DNA of 64,000 bases from Gracilinanus agilis (Eukaryota). The DNA is taken from assembly GCF_016433145.1 (NCBI RefSeq), contig NC_058134.1:55923306-55987305 (forward strand), given 5' to 3'. The notes under the pieces were generated by a model that did no database searches, was not told where the DNA came from, and worked only from the letters and a program-made list of their open reading frames with translations. Below are positions 1 through 14,100 of this stretch, piece by piece. The first letter of the stretch is position 1, and each line of letters opens with the position of its first letter. The translations under genes and the position numbers were made by a program.

Positions 1-3000
1 CAATCTAAGTGAAATGGATGAATATTACAAAAATACAAATTGTTCAGATTAACAAAAGAATAAACAGAAGACTAAAATAATCCCATCTAAGAAAAAGAAA
101 TTGAACAAGCCATCAATTAACTCCCCAAGAAAAAATCCCTAGGGCCAGATGGATTCACAAGTGAATTTTATCAAACATTTAAAGAACAATGAATCCCAAT
201 ACAACATAAACTATTTGAGAAAATAGACAGAGAAGGAATCCTACCAAATTCTTTTTATCAAACAAATATAGTACTGTTTACCTAAGCCAAGAAGAGCAAA
301 AACAGAGAAAGAAAATTATAGGTCTATTTCCTAATTGAATATAGATGCAAAAATTTTAAATAAGATAGTAGCAAGGAGACTACAGGAATATATCACAAGG
401 ATCATTCACTATGAGAAGGTGGAAATTATACCAGGAATGCAGGGCTGGCTTAATATTAGAAAACTATCAGTATAATTGACCACATCAATAACCAAACTAA
501 CAAAAATCAGATGATTATCTCAATAGATGCAGAAAAAGCCTTCGACAAAATATGACAACCATTCCTATTAAAAATACTAGAAAACAAAGGAATAAATGGA
601 TCATTCCTTAAAATGATAAGTAGTATCTAACCTTCAGCAAGTATCATCTGCAATGGGTATAAGTTAGAAACCTTTCCAATTAAGATCAGGAGTGAAGCAA
701 GGATGCCTATTTATCACCACTACTATTTAATTGTGTATTAGAAATGTTAGCTTTAGCAATAAGGAAAGACAAAGAAATTGAAGGAATTAAATTAGGCAAT
801 TAGAAAACTAAACTATCACTTTTTGTAGATGATATGTTGGTACAATTAGAGAATCCTAGGAAATCAACTAAAATAGTTGAAATAATAACTTTAGTAAAGT
901 TGCATAATAAATCCAAAAAGAAGCATCAATATTTCTCTATATATATATATTACCAAAAAAGTCCAGGAGCAATAAGCAGGCAGAAAAATTCCAATTAAAA
1001 TCACTCTATATGATGTAAAATACCTGGGAAACTACTTGCCAAGACAAACATGGGAATTATATGAAGGAGCTAATATAATAAAAATGACAATTCTACTTAA
1101 ATTAATTTATTTATTCAGTGCCATACCAATCAATCTACCAAATAATTATTTTATAGAACTAGAAAAAATAATAACAATAGAGAATAAAAATAAATAATTA
1201 TATGTATTAAATATTTATTAATAATAAAATAGATAATAAAATAGATAAAAATAATAACTAGAAGAAAAATGTCAAGAATATCAAGGGACTAATGAAAAAA
1301 AAATGTGAAGGAAAGTGGCCTAACAGTACCAGATCTCAAACTGTACCATGAAGCAATAATGATCAAAACAGTCTGGTACTGGCTAAGAAATAGAATGGTC
1401 CATCATTGGAGTAGATTAGATACATCATATGTAGCAGTAAATGACCTTATCTAGAGTTTAATAAACCCAAAGATCCCAGTGTTTGGAATAAGAACTCACT
1501 ATTTAACAAAAACTGCTGGGAAAATTAAGAAACAGTTCGGCAGAAGCTAGGTATAGGACAAAAACTCACACCAGATAGCAAGATAAGGTCAAAATGGATA
1601 TATATGATTTAAATTTAAAGAGTAATACCCTAACTAAATTAGGAGAACATAAAAAAGTTTACCTGGCATAATTTTGGAAAACGGAAGAATTTATGACCAA
1701 ACAAGAGATGTTATGGGGGGGGGCGGTGCTAAGGTCCTATTATTTATTAATTCATTGAAGCCCTGATGCTTAACCAAGTTGTAAAAGACAGAAGTTTACT
1801 TCCTACAACTGCCTGATAAAAGTTTCACTGAAGAGTGATGGAATTCTATGACAGGTTTGATTCCCTAGTAACAGTTCCCAGGGAATCAGTTGGCTTAGAT
1901 GTAACCAGGAAGTTGGTCTTAACTTCCTGAGACCTTAACAATACTTATAATCCTAGCACAAGCTTGATCTTGATGTATTTAGAGCAGCTAGGCTAGTTTC
2001 CATGATCTGACTACAATATCATATGAAGATGACCTTGTTCTCAGTAAGGTAAGCTATGAACTTATAAGTAAAGGCTGTCAGAAACTTGTAGAATAACTGG
2101 GTCTATTGGATTGATTGAAGGAAAGAAAAACTGGGAGATGGGAGAGAGGGAAGTAGGTGAACCTTATTATTTTAACCTAATAATAAGTATAATGAATTTT
2201 GGTGATGCCTATTAGGTGCTGAATCCAAGGTACTTTGAGAGTCTCCCCTGGCTCAGAAGCCGATATAGATTCTCTTAGGTGCTGAGTCCAGGGGGCTTTG
2301 AGAGGCTCCCCTGGCTCAAAGGCTGTTGTTGATTCTGGATGTTTTGATGAGATAATCTTGTTTGATAATTAAGGTTCAGTGGTCTTATCAATATTAAGGT
2401 GATTGATATAGCTAGAAATGTAGTCCAAACCCTGCCTGCCTGCCTATACCAATCTACCCTTCCTCTCGGGGCCCAGACAGTAGAACAACCTCCTGCCTCC
2501 TAATCCAAAGAAAAAGCCAAGTTGAGGGGTTTGTGCACCCTAATTTATACTCCTTTCCCAACTGCCAGATTAACATATGCCTAGGGCTGCCTTGCCAGGT
2601 TCTGTGTTCTAAAGGGGCAAACTGTCTTTTGCACCTACAGAAAATGGCTGACCATTTCTATACATTACAGAGATAAAGAGTATTATAAGATATAAACTAA
2701 ATAATTTTGATTATATTAAGTTAAAAAGTTTCTGTACAAACAAAACGAATGTAATGTAAACAAATGTATAAAGAACTAAGTCAAATTTATATGAATACAA
2801 GCCATTTCCCAATTGACAAATGGTCAATGGATATGAAATCCAGTTTTCAGATGAAGAAATCAAAGCCAACAATAATCATATGAAAAAAATGTTCTAAGTC
2901 ACTCTTTATAGAGATATAAAATAGAGAAATAAAAATTAAAACAATGCTGAGGTGCCACCTCCCACCTATCATATTGACCAACATGGCAGTCAGTCAGGGG

Positions 3001-3690
3001 AAATGGTGAATGTTGGAGATGCAGCAAAATTGGGACAGTAATGCATTGTTGATGGAGTTATAAACTGATCCAACCATTCTGAAGGGCAACTTAGAACTCT
3101 GCCCTAAGGGTAATAAAACTATGCATATCTTTTGATCTAGGTATACCACTATAGAGTCTCTATTCCAAAGAGATAATAAAATAGGGGAAAGGACTGACCT
3201 GTACAAAAGTATTTATATCATCTCTTCTTGTAGTGGTAAAGAATTGGAAATTGAAGAGATATCCATCAGTTGAGGAATGACAATAAACTGTGACACATGT
3301 TGGGGATGAAATACTATATGTTATAAGCAAGATGATTTCAGGAAATCCTGGAATTGTCTGCAGGAACTGATGCAGAGTGAAATAAGCAGAACTGGAGAAT
3401 GTGATACACAATAAGAGCAATACTGTAAATGATAATCTGTGAAAACTTGGCTACTCTTGGCAATTCATGATCTGGGACAATACTGAAAGAATTATAATGG
3501 GGAATGCTTTCCACCTCCAGAGAAAGAACTTTTGGAGTTGGATGGATGTAGATTAAAGCAGACTATCTTTCACATCAGTGTATTTACATTTTTATTTGAG
3601 GGTTTTTGTTATGTATGAGTGTGCTCTTAAAACAACAACCAATATGGAAGTGTATCTTGTATGATAATAAAAATAAAATTTAAAAAGGAA
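1..3690 (+). mobile_element. Degenerate L1 (ORF2 RT region through 3' UTR and A-rich tail), interrupted by a solo LTR
   Basis: Decayed ORF2 motifs: PGPDGF (~141-160), DAEKAFD (~526-546), QGC..SPLLFN (~697-730), LFVDD (~818-835), C-terminal region ~3200-3400, aataaaa tail ~3665-3690. Many stops and frameshifts. Confidence 0.93.
1709..2669. mobile_element. Solo LTR (961 bp, probably class I ERV) inserted in L1 ORF2
   Basis: TGTTA...TTACA termini and a 4-bp TSD GAGA (1705-1708 / 2670-2673). Removing it restores the L1 reading acaa-gaga-taaagag. Confidence 0.8.
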
Positions 3691-4308
3691 AAACTTAAAA
3701 AATAAAACAGTTACAGAACTTTTAAAACGAGTTAATGTCATAGAGATTGATTTTGTGTAAATGGAAGCACATTAGTGGGGGCTAAGGAATTATAGTACCA
3801 AGTTATAGGAGAATATCCCTGACACAAGTAGTTTGCCTGACTGAGAGAGAGTTTTGATCATAGATGTGGGATATCCCACTTTCTAAGAAACCCAGACCTG
3901 ATAGTGTGAGTGAAAGTTAGAGGAGACAAATAGCCCAAATAGTGAAATTAGTGGTCTATATACACTCAGGCTATTCAAGGCTTTCTACACTCTCATCCCC
4001 AGCTATTTCCTACACAAACTCTCCATTTGCCCATACTGTTTCAACTCCACACTTACATAATATTTTGATTTGTCACTTACTCACACTAGTTCTGCCACCT
4101 AGAAATTCTCTTCTTCATCATAATAGTCAAGGCTCAATTCAAATTTTTAGCTTCTCTATAGTTTTCCTTTGCCACACTAGCTAGACATGATTCATCTCTT
4201 TAATAAATCTCTACAACACATTTTGTACCATTTTTTTAACATTTAATAATTGAACCTGGGGATGATAGTAATATATTTATATTTTATATATATATATATA
4301 TTAGTATN

Positions 4309-7295
4309 TAACAGTACCAGATCTCAAACTGTACCATGAAGCAATAATGATCAAAACAGTCTGGTACTGGCTAAGAAATAGAATGGTCCATCATTGGAGT
4401 AGATTAGATACATCATATGTAGCAGTAAATGACCTTATCTAGAGTTTAATAAACCCAAAGATCCCAGTGTTTGGAATAAGAACTCACTATTTAACAAAAA
4501 CTGCTGGGAAAATTAAGAAACAGTTCGGCAGAAGCTAGGTATAGGACAAAAACTCACACCAGATAGCAAGATAAGGTCAAAATGGATATATATGATTTAA
4601 ATTTAAAGAGTAATACCCTAACTAAATTAGGAGAACATAAAAAAGTTTACCTGGCATAATTTTGGAAAACGGAAGAATTTATGACCAAACAAGAGATGTT
4701 ATGGGGGGGGGCGGTGCTAAGGTCCTATTATTTATTAATTCATTGAAGCCCTGATGCTTAACCAAGTTGTAAAAGACAGAAGTTTACTTCCTACAACTGC
4801 CTGATAAAAGTTTCACTGAAGAGTGATGGAATTCTATGACAGGTTTGATTCCCTAGTAACAGTTCCCAGGGAATCAGTTGGCTTAGATGTAACCAGGAAG
4901 TTGGTCTTAACTTCCTGAGACCTTAACAATACTTATAATCCTAGCACAAGCTTGATCTTGATGTATTTAGAGCAGCTAGGCTAGTTTCCATGATCTGACT
5001 ACAATATCATATGAAGATGACCTTGTTCTCAGTAAGGTAAGCTATGAACTTATAAGTAAAGGCTGTCAGAAACTTGTAGAATAACTGGGTCTATTGGATT
5101 GATTGAAGGAAAGAAAAACTGGGAGATGGGAGAGAGGGAAGTAGGTGAACCTTATTATTTTAACCTAATAATAAGTATAATGAATTTTGGTGATGCCTAT
5201 TAGGTGCTGAATCCAAGGTACTTTGAGAGTCTCCCCTGGCTCAGAAGCCGATATAGATTCTCTTAGGTGCTGAGTCCAGGGGGCTTTGAGAGGCTCCCCT
5301 GGCTCAAAGGCTGTTGTTGATTCTGGATGTTTTGATGAGATAATCTTGTTTGATAATTAAGGTTCAGTGGTCTTATCAATATTAAGGTGATTGATATAGC
5401 TAGAAATGTAGTCCAAACCCTGCCTGCCTGCCTATACCAATCTACCCTTCCTCTCGGGGCCCAGACAGTAGAACAACCTCCTGCCTCCTAATCCAAAGAA
5501 AAAGCCAAGTTGAGGGGTTTGTGCACCCTAATTTATACTCCTTTCCCAACTGCCAGATTAACATATGCCTAGGGCTGCCTTGCCAGGTTCTGTGTTCTAA
5601 AGGGGCAAACTGTCTTTTGCACCTACAGAAAATGGCTGACCATTTCTATACATTACAGAGATAAAGAGTATTATAAGATATAAACTAAATAATTTTGATT
5701 ATATTAAGTTAAAAAGTTTCTGTACAAACAAAACGAATGTAATGTAAACAAATGTATAAAGAACTAAGTCAAATTTATATGAATACAAGCCATTTCCCAA
5801 TTGACAAATGGTCAATGGATATGAAATCCAGTTTTCAGATGAAGAAATCAAAGCCAACAATAATCATATGAAAAAAATGTTCTAAGTCACTCTTTATAGA
5901 GATATAAAATAGAGAAATAAAAATTAAAACAATGCTGAGGTGCCACCTCCCACCTATCATATTGACCAACATGGCAGTCAGTCAGGGGAAATGGTGAATG
6001 TTGGAGATGCAGCAAAATTGGGACAGTAATGCATTGTTGATGGAGTTATAAACTGATCCAACCATTCTGAAGGGCAACTTAGAACTCTGCCCTAAGGGTA
6101 ATAAAACTATGCATATCTTTTGATCTAGGTATACCACTATAGAGTCTCTATTCCAAAGAGATAATAAAATAGGGGAAAGGACTGACCTGTACAAAAGTAT
6201 TTATATCATCTCTTCTTGTAGTGGTAAAGAATTGGAAATTGAAGAGATATCCATCAGTTGAGGAATGACAATAAACTGTGACACATGTTGGGGATGAAAT
6301 ACTATATGTTATAAGCAAGATGATTTCAGGAAATCCTGGAATTGTCTGCAGGAACTGATGCAGAGTGAAATAAGCAGAACTGGAGAATGTGATACACAAT
6401 AAGAGCAATACTGTAAATGATAATCTGTGAAAACTTGGCTACTCTTGGCAATTCATGATCTGGGACAATACTGAAAGAATTATAATGGGGAATGCTTTCC
6501 ACCTCCAGAGAAAGAACTTTTGGAGTTGGATGGATGTAGATTAAAGCAGACTATCTTTCACATCAGTGTATTTACATTTTTATTTGAGGGTTTTTGTTAT
6601 GTATGAGTGTGCTCTTAAAACAACAACCAATATGGAAGTGTATCTTGTATGATAATAAAAATAAAATTTAAAAAGGAAAAACTTAAAAAATAAAACAGTT
6701 ACAGAACTTTTAAAACGAGTTAATGTCATAGAGATTGATTTTGTGTAAATGGAAGCACATTAGTGGGGGCTAAGGAATTATAGTACCAAGTTATAGGAGA
6801 ATATCCCTGACACAAGTAGTTTGCCTGACTGAGAGAGAGTTTTGATCATAGATGTGGGATATCCCACTTTCTAAGAAACCCAGACCTGATAGTGTGAGTG
6901 AAAGTTAGAGGAGACAAATAGCCCAAATAGTGAAATTAGTGGTCTATATACACTCAGGCTATTCAAGGCTTTCTACACTCTCATCCCCAGCTATTTCCTA
7001 CACAAACTCTCCATTTGCCCATACTGTTTCAACTCCACACTTACATAATATTTTGATTTGTCACTTACTCACACTAGTTCTGCCACCTAGAAATTCTCTT
7101 CTTCATCATAATAGTCAAGGCTCAATTCAAATTTTTAGCTTCTCTATAGTTTTCCTTTGCCACACTAGCTAGACATGATTCATCTCTTTAATAAATCTCT
7201 ACAACACATTTTGTACCATTTTTTTAACATTTAATAATTGAACCTGGGGATGATAGTAATATATTTATATTTTATATATATATATATATTAGTAT
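4309..7295 (+). repeat. Apparently exact second copy of 1321-4307 (offset 2988), joined by a single N at 4308; includes a second copy of the LTR at 4697-5657
   Basis: Identical ORF translations at offset 2988 (2994/5982, 3160/6148, 3942/6930). The segments I compared by eye, including a G9 run, are identical. Confidence 0.95.
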
Positions 7296-8744
7296 ATTAT
7301 ATATTAGTATATATATATGTATATATATATATACTAATGTCTTGGTCAACTAATTAAACCAAAATGTCTTTGAGAGCATGGGACATATCTTATAGGTGTA
7401 CATATCTGCCAAAGTGTCCTTTAATTCTATATAGCCCTCATAAGGCTTAGCACAGGGAGCACATGCATATACATAGCAGGCACTTAATAAATATTGGGTG
7501 ACTATAGGCAAATAAGATAACCTCTGAACTTATGCAGGGCTCACATTAAGATTTAGCTTCTCTTCAAAGAAATCAGACCACTTTTTTTTATTAAACTGAA
7601 GGTAAAGAGACAGATTCTAAATGCTTTTTAAAGATTCAGAAGATCAACTCAGGGCATTGATTCTATCACCCAATATAACACTCAATGAGCCCCTTAATGT
7701 TATGTGCCTAGTATTTATATTAAAAGTTGTAGGAGTCGTAAGAAAGATATAAAAAATGGTTCCCCAATCACAAAGGAACTTATTGATTGGCTTTTAAAAT
7801 TCAAATTTCATCTTAAAAAAACATTTATCTATTTATTTAAAACTCCCTCCCATCTCTCCTGCCCTTCCCTCTTTTCCCAAAAAGGTGGGTAATACAATAT
7901 ATGTTATATATGTATTACTATATAATACATATTTCCCTGTTCATCATGTTGTTAAACAAGACGTTTATTGCTTATGCCAGAGAAAGAATCAGAATTTTTA
8001 ATATAAATTTCATGTGTACAGCAAGAAGAAGAACTGGTATAACAATTGTTCTTACCATTTCTTTCCAAATCTTCACCCCATTCCTACTAAATCTAATCTT
8101 CCTCCCTCTCAAATTTGGGTAATCTTTTGGAACTATCACAGGTGACTCTCTTCTGCATAATTCCCACAATATATTAAGTTGGTGCTGGCAGAAGATAACT
8201 GATGCTCTGTAATATTTTCTGCTGCTAGCTAAATGGTTTTTGTAGAAAAGAAACAAATCTTTGCAAGGATAGCTTGAAAGAGAAAGAGATCTATGCTAAT
8301 ACAAAAGAAATAATTCTAAGATTGCAAATAGAAAGAAGATCCAGAAAAGAAAGTTCTTGCCTCCCAAATTCTTGGCATTATTCAACGGTTTAACAGCAGA
8401 AACTGAGATGACTTTATCAGTGCATATGACAGTGAAGAATATGCATTGTAATCTATTTTGCAGCTCTCCCCTAAAGACCATGGGCCCTTTTCAACTGTCT
8501 TGCAGCTGAAATTAGACAGATAAGTGTATACATTATATATGACATATATTATATATACACATAATTATATAGACGCTATATATAAACATAGTACCTTTAT
8601 TTATATGACTATATCTATCTACATAGAATGTCCCTCAACAAAATGTGAACTCTTTGAGAGCAAGGACTAATTTTTCTTTTCTATTTGTATTTCTAGCACT
8701 CGACATGGAACTCTATAGATAATAAATACTTAAAAATGATTTTC

Positions 8745-8828
8745 CATCCATCCATTCATCCATCTATCCATCCATCCATCCATCCATCCATCCATCCATC
8801 CATCCATCTATCCATCCATTCATCCACT
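8745..8828 (+). repeat. (TCCA)n microsatellite
   Basis: About 20 ccat units with a few variants. Confidence 0.95.
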
Positions 8829-9787
8829 CGCTTACTCACTCATTCCTTTACTGACATCTGGACTTAAAGTAAGGAATATATGGGTCCAAGTCCTGTTTAT
8901 AACCCATAGGTGTTTCATTACTGGGCAAGTCACAGCATCTCAGTGTTGTGGATATCACTTTAAGACTATATGTTATAGAAAAGATTACAATATGCTTTAG
9001 TAAGAGGAAAATCCCAAACCAATCAAATCAAATACCTCAATTTTTCACTGCCACAGAAATAGGCTATTCCAATATTTGCTCTATATTCTGCAGTGTGAAA
9101 CATATGCATAGATATAAACACACAGAGGCACAGATATTTATTAATATTTATACATGCATACATATACACACATTTATGGGGAAAGGACTCATTTTTCATT
9201 ATTTTTCTCTTGCTGCTGGCTCTTGTTGAGGCCAGGGAAATTCTGAAATTATCTTTTTTTCTTGTCTGGCTCAGAGAAAAAGTCAGTGGGCACTTTCATT
9301 GTCTCTCTCTGTCACTCTCTCAGAGCAGAAAGGTTCAGAACCTCTTTTTTTGTTTGTTTGTTTTATTTCATTTCTGTGTTCCTCTGTCTTCAGGCTCTGC
9401 TTTCCTTCTTTAACTATGGTATGCTTACTTTTAAAAGCAGTGAAAGTAAATTTCTTAATGCAAAAGTGACTGTTTTATACTATAATCCCCATTTTGATGA
9501 CTATTGATTTGAATATTTGTCCATCAGCTAAAAGTTTTCTATATGGCCTGCGTGTATTTTAATTCTACTTCTTTATTGAATGTACATTCCTATTTTCAAA
9601 GAAAGACCTGCAAGACGTGTGCATTTGAAGGGATAATGTATTGACATAGCTTCTCACTAAAACCAAAAGATTCTACATTGATGATTTTGGCATGTGGATA
9701 AGTGAAATGTCTGTCCATGTAAGCTACCTAATACTGATATATACATTATATAGTGAGGGAATTCTTGTGCCCTGAATATCTAATTCC

Positions 9788-9989
9788 TTTTTTTTAAAAC
9801 CCTTACCTCTCATCTTGGAATCAATACTGTGTATTGCTTCCCAAGCAGAAGAGCTGTAAGGGCTAGGCAATAGGGGTTAACTGACTTGCCCAGGATCACA
9901 TAGCTAGGAAGTGTCTGAGGTCAGATTTGAACCCAGGACCTCCCCTCTCTAGGTCTGGCTTTTAATCCACTGAGCTATCCAGCTGCCCC
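9788..9989 (-). mobile_element. tRNA-derived SINE (SINE-1_MD-like)
   Basis: Reverse complement of ggggcagctgg...gtggatt...ggttcaaatctgacctcagacacttcctagc...gtaagggtttt-A tail. Confidence 0.9.
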
Positions 9990-10875
9990 CAATTCCTCTT
10001 TTATCTATTGAACTCAGCTATTCTGTGTATTTTAAAAAAGCTATATCGATGTTCTTTTTTATATAATTCTTACTTAACAATGATTTCCTAGCCCAATTAA
10101 AATTCTCATTTGTAACAAATAACTACACTCAAGCAAAACAAACCAGCACATTGGTGAGTTCTGAAAATGAATGCTGCACTTGCACACCTATTGTTGATCA
10201 CCTCTCTGCCAAGAGCTGGGTCTATCACTTGAAAACTGATTCATGAAATTCATGTCTCCATGAAATTTTTCCTAGATAACCTCCTCATTTAAAGCTCTTG
10301 AAGTACCATTTTTACACCTCTCTCATTAAATCATTAGATAATGTGCATCATAATTATCTGTGTTTGCATCTTATTTCATCTATTCAAAAAAGTTCCAAGA
10401 AGTCAAGGGTCTATGTTTACATAAGTTTTGTATCTGTTCCATCACTTAGCACTTGTTTCTGTATACATTTGGTACTCAATAAATGTTGACTGAAAGTACA
10501 ATATTTATATACATATAAATATATATGTATATTTATGTGTAGCATCTATAGTATATGTAGACATAGTTTATGTCCATATAGAATGTATACACATATTATA
10601 TATATGGGTATAAAAATGATTTATAGGAAAACATAGGAAGAATTTCCTGTTATAAAGTTTAAGTGTTCTACACCAGTGAAATAAGATTTGCCAACATACA
10701 ATATACATGTTCTTATAGACATGTAGTTAATCTATGTATACATGCATCATGCATGTTTATAGACGCTCATAATATTTATGTATGTATTATGTACACACAT
10801 AAATACATTCAAAGAAATAAGAATGTGTACAAAGAAATAAGGAATGAGAAAAGGAAAGTTGGTGCATTATTTTAG

Positions 10876-11125
10876 CAGGCAGCTAGGTGGATAGAACAAT
10901 GGATCAGGAGTAAGAAAGACCCGATTTCAAAGCTGGGCTTAGACACTGCTAGCTGTGAGACCCTGTACAAAACTCCTATAATCTTTGTCTGCCTCAGTTT
11001 TCTCATCTGCAAAATGGGGCTCATCAGAGTACCTATCTCCCAGGGTTTTTGTAAGGATCAAATGGGAAGATATTTGTGAAGATCATGCAAACCTATAAAG
11101 CACTATATAAATGCTATTATTGTTG
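10876..11125 (+). mobile_element. CORE-SINE (MIR/MAR-type)
   Basis: CORE motif cctcagttttctcatctgcaaaatgggg and a MIR-like 3' part (tcccagggtttttgtaaggatcaaatg). Confidence 0.8.
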
Positions 11126-14100
11126 TTAATTATTATAATTGAGATAAGAAAGTGAAAAGATTTTTCCATATACATAGTTAGGTTGTTAGTTATTAACATC
11201 AAGGGCACATATTAGTAGAAGAGCAAAAAAGAGGCAGAAATGTCGGGGTATAATCTCATCTCTTTCTACACACTACTTTTGGCATGTGTCATGGGAGATA
11301 AAATCCTAGTAGGAAGGGCTTTGTGGTTTAGGCTCTGAATAGTTCTTAGTGCATTATGAACACTCAAATATCAAACAAGTAAACAAATATTTAACAAAAT
11401 AGTAACAAATTGTGCATGGAGTTTTAGTTTTTCTACCACCCTTCCTTCCTATTTCCCACTGTTCCAACTGAGAGGAGACCAAGAGTTTGGCTCCAGGTCC
11501 ACAGTAATAATAACTTCACCTTAAAAGGCTACAACATCTCTATGTTTCTGTGCTTGGAAAAATATTAGTCCTTGTATGTGCTTGTTTTTGGTCTAGTCCT
11601 ATTATTATGATGTGGGTGAACTGGCTAGGACCTTCATGGATGATGTGTGTGGATGGTTTTGAGCCATGCAGGATCTTAGGGGCAAATACTGACTTCATAA
11701 TTCATAATATATACATCCTTAGATACTGAAACAAGCCTAGGGATCAGTGATACAGTTCCCAACCTGTCCATCCTCCAGTGTAACACTTACCCATATCTTC
11801 CCACTGATTTTGTAAGAGGGATCTACCTAATGTGCTGGAGGTATCTGGTGCCTCCAACGTATATAAATAATACAGGAAAAACAGCCTCACGGTTTCCTCC
11901 CACAGAAAGAGTTGATACTATAATGGTGACCTAGAGGGTTTTCTTATACACCAATAAAGAGGATAGTCTTCCTTCCCCATGAATGGCAGAAGCACCAGAA
12001 AAGATCAAAGATGACACTTGGTGAGGAGGGTGAGAGACAAAATAATAGGATGTTAGATCTGAAAGCAACCTTAAACACCATCTAGTCCAATTCCCTTCCT
12101 CTCAGTTTTACATATGAGGGTGTTGAGGCCCTCAGAGGTAAAATGATTTATAGGGTCTTACTGCTAGAAGGTGGAAGAGTCGTGTCTTCAAGCTAGAACA
12201 CTTCTCACTATAATTTATGATGGCAGCAAAACTCTGCTTAACTGAGTCGGGGCGGGCTAGCTGATGGTCTGTGATTGTAAAAGCATCCTGTCTTATTCCA
12301 TTAGAAGCAATCACTCGTGAGCGATTTCCCATTCTAGCCAGGGTTTTTAAGGGAACCATGCCCAATAGCAAACCCAACCAATTAAATTTGCTTTAATATA
12401 AATGAGAAATTTACAGCTTTAATTCCTTAAAATCATCCTTTGGAATTTTTTCTCTTGGCTTTTGAAGGCTCCATTGTTTCAGGAATTAATAATTCAAAGG
12501 AGCGTAGGAGTGGGGTGGGTGCTGGAACTATACCAGGCTGTGGAGACTGAGGATCTATTTATACATGTAGGGTTGGTGGTCTGAAGAACTGACAAGTACT
12601 AGAGTAGATTTTTCATTGGGTCATGCCCTACCTCCTATTGACTGGACATTTCATTCAGGCAAGTAGATTAAGAAAGGTATCATGGCATTGTGGAGATAAT
12701 GCAGGCTTGAGGACCAGGTCCAAGTCACATCTCTGACAAATACTGACTGGGTGTCCCCGAGCAAGTAATGTAAGCTCTCGGTAATCTGTATTGGTAAAGA
12801 GGATGTCCTTAATGAGAGTCTTTTATGCCAAAATATCTAAATTAGACATAAATTATAGCAATAACTAAAGGATTTTAAAAAGAACAATGGCATTGGTTGA
12901 GTTATTTTTCATCGACTAAAAAAACATCCAGATATGGTCTAAGGCACCAGCATCATACTTATCAACAGCTGGGCCAAGAGAAATTAAAATAGCCACTCAT
13001 TTTCTTTCACAAACATGTTAGTATATTTCTATTCTAAAATGGCCCGCATCTACATTTTAATCAGTTATCAACTTAATCATTCATCATAAAAATGAAGTGG
13101 GAAAATATGTCATACTTCTATCTTCAAAGGATGTCTTGGAAGATACCTACTAAATTAAAAAAAAAAAAAAGAAATGCAAAGAGAATCATCAATCAAGATA
13201 AGGACTGAGGTAGCACCCATTTCCTGTATTTCTCATGAGGGCTATAAAAAATGGGCCTTGCAGCAGAGAGGTATTATTAGAGCTCTCCCACACCTTCAGA
13301 GATGTTCCCTAGATCTGAAGAGACCTCAGATCTTAGGCTCACATGTCACACATTTAATAAATGTTTACTGAACTGAATCAGAATATCCTTTTGGAAATCT
13401 TTTATAATCAGAGAGACTTTTTTAGCCTAATGTGACCTGTCTAGTTGAGTTGGAATTATTTCCTTTTCCTTTAAAACTTGAAACCATTGTGCTAAATATA
13501 AAAACACCCTTAATTACTTTGTATTCCTATTTTATAATTTTAAAAAATGAGTACACTTTTAGTAGTGGCTGTTTTTCTTGAAATTTGGTTTTCTGTAGTG
13601 ACAAATTTGATTTTTTAAATACATGCTAGGGTCAACAATTCTACCCCTAACTCCCAGAGAGACACAGAGCCATTTTATAATCAATGGGATAAGCAGATTT
13701 AAATCTAAAAAAAAGGCTTTTAAGGCAATATGTCTATTGACATGTTCAGTAGGCTATATATATGTTTACATATATGTGCTATACAATACACCCAAACATG
13801 TATATTATAGAAACACATAAACTCTCTGTACATGTTCTGTGGATCTGGCTTCATTTTTGTAAACAACCCAAGTAGCTAATCTTCATTAGGGATATCAAAT
13901 TACCATAATTCTTGCTGTGTTTATCATATACAAGGAAACAATTGAAAAGAACTCATGGTCCAGACCTGGCCATCATGAAAAACAAAAACAAAAACAAAAG
14001 GTTACATCCTGACTCATCGAATGATGTTATTGCCAAAGGAAAAGCAGTAACTTTCAGAGTTGAACCATAATTGGAGGGATCCCTTTCCTTTTCCCATTCC

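Noticed and set aside
2994-7172. Duplicated short ORFs (70, 86 and 80 aa) as a paralogous gene pair
   Set aside because: Two are antisense to L1 and one is in unique intron with a GTG start. They are duplicated only because of the 2988-bp repeat.
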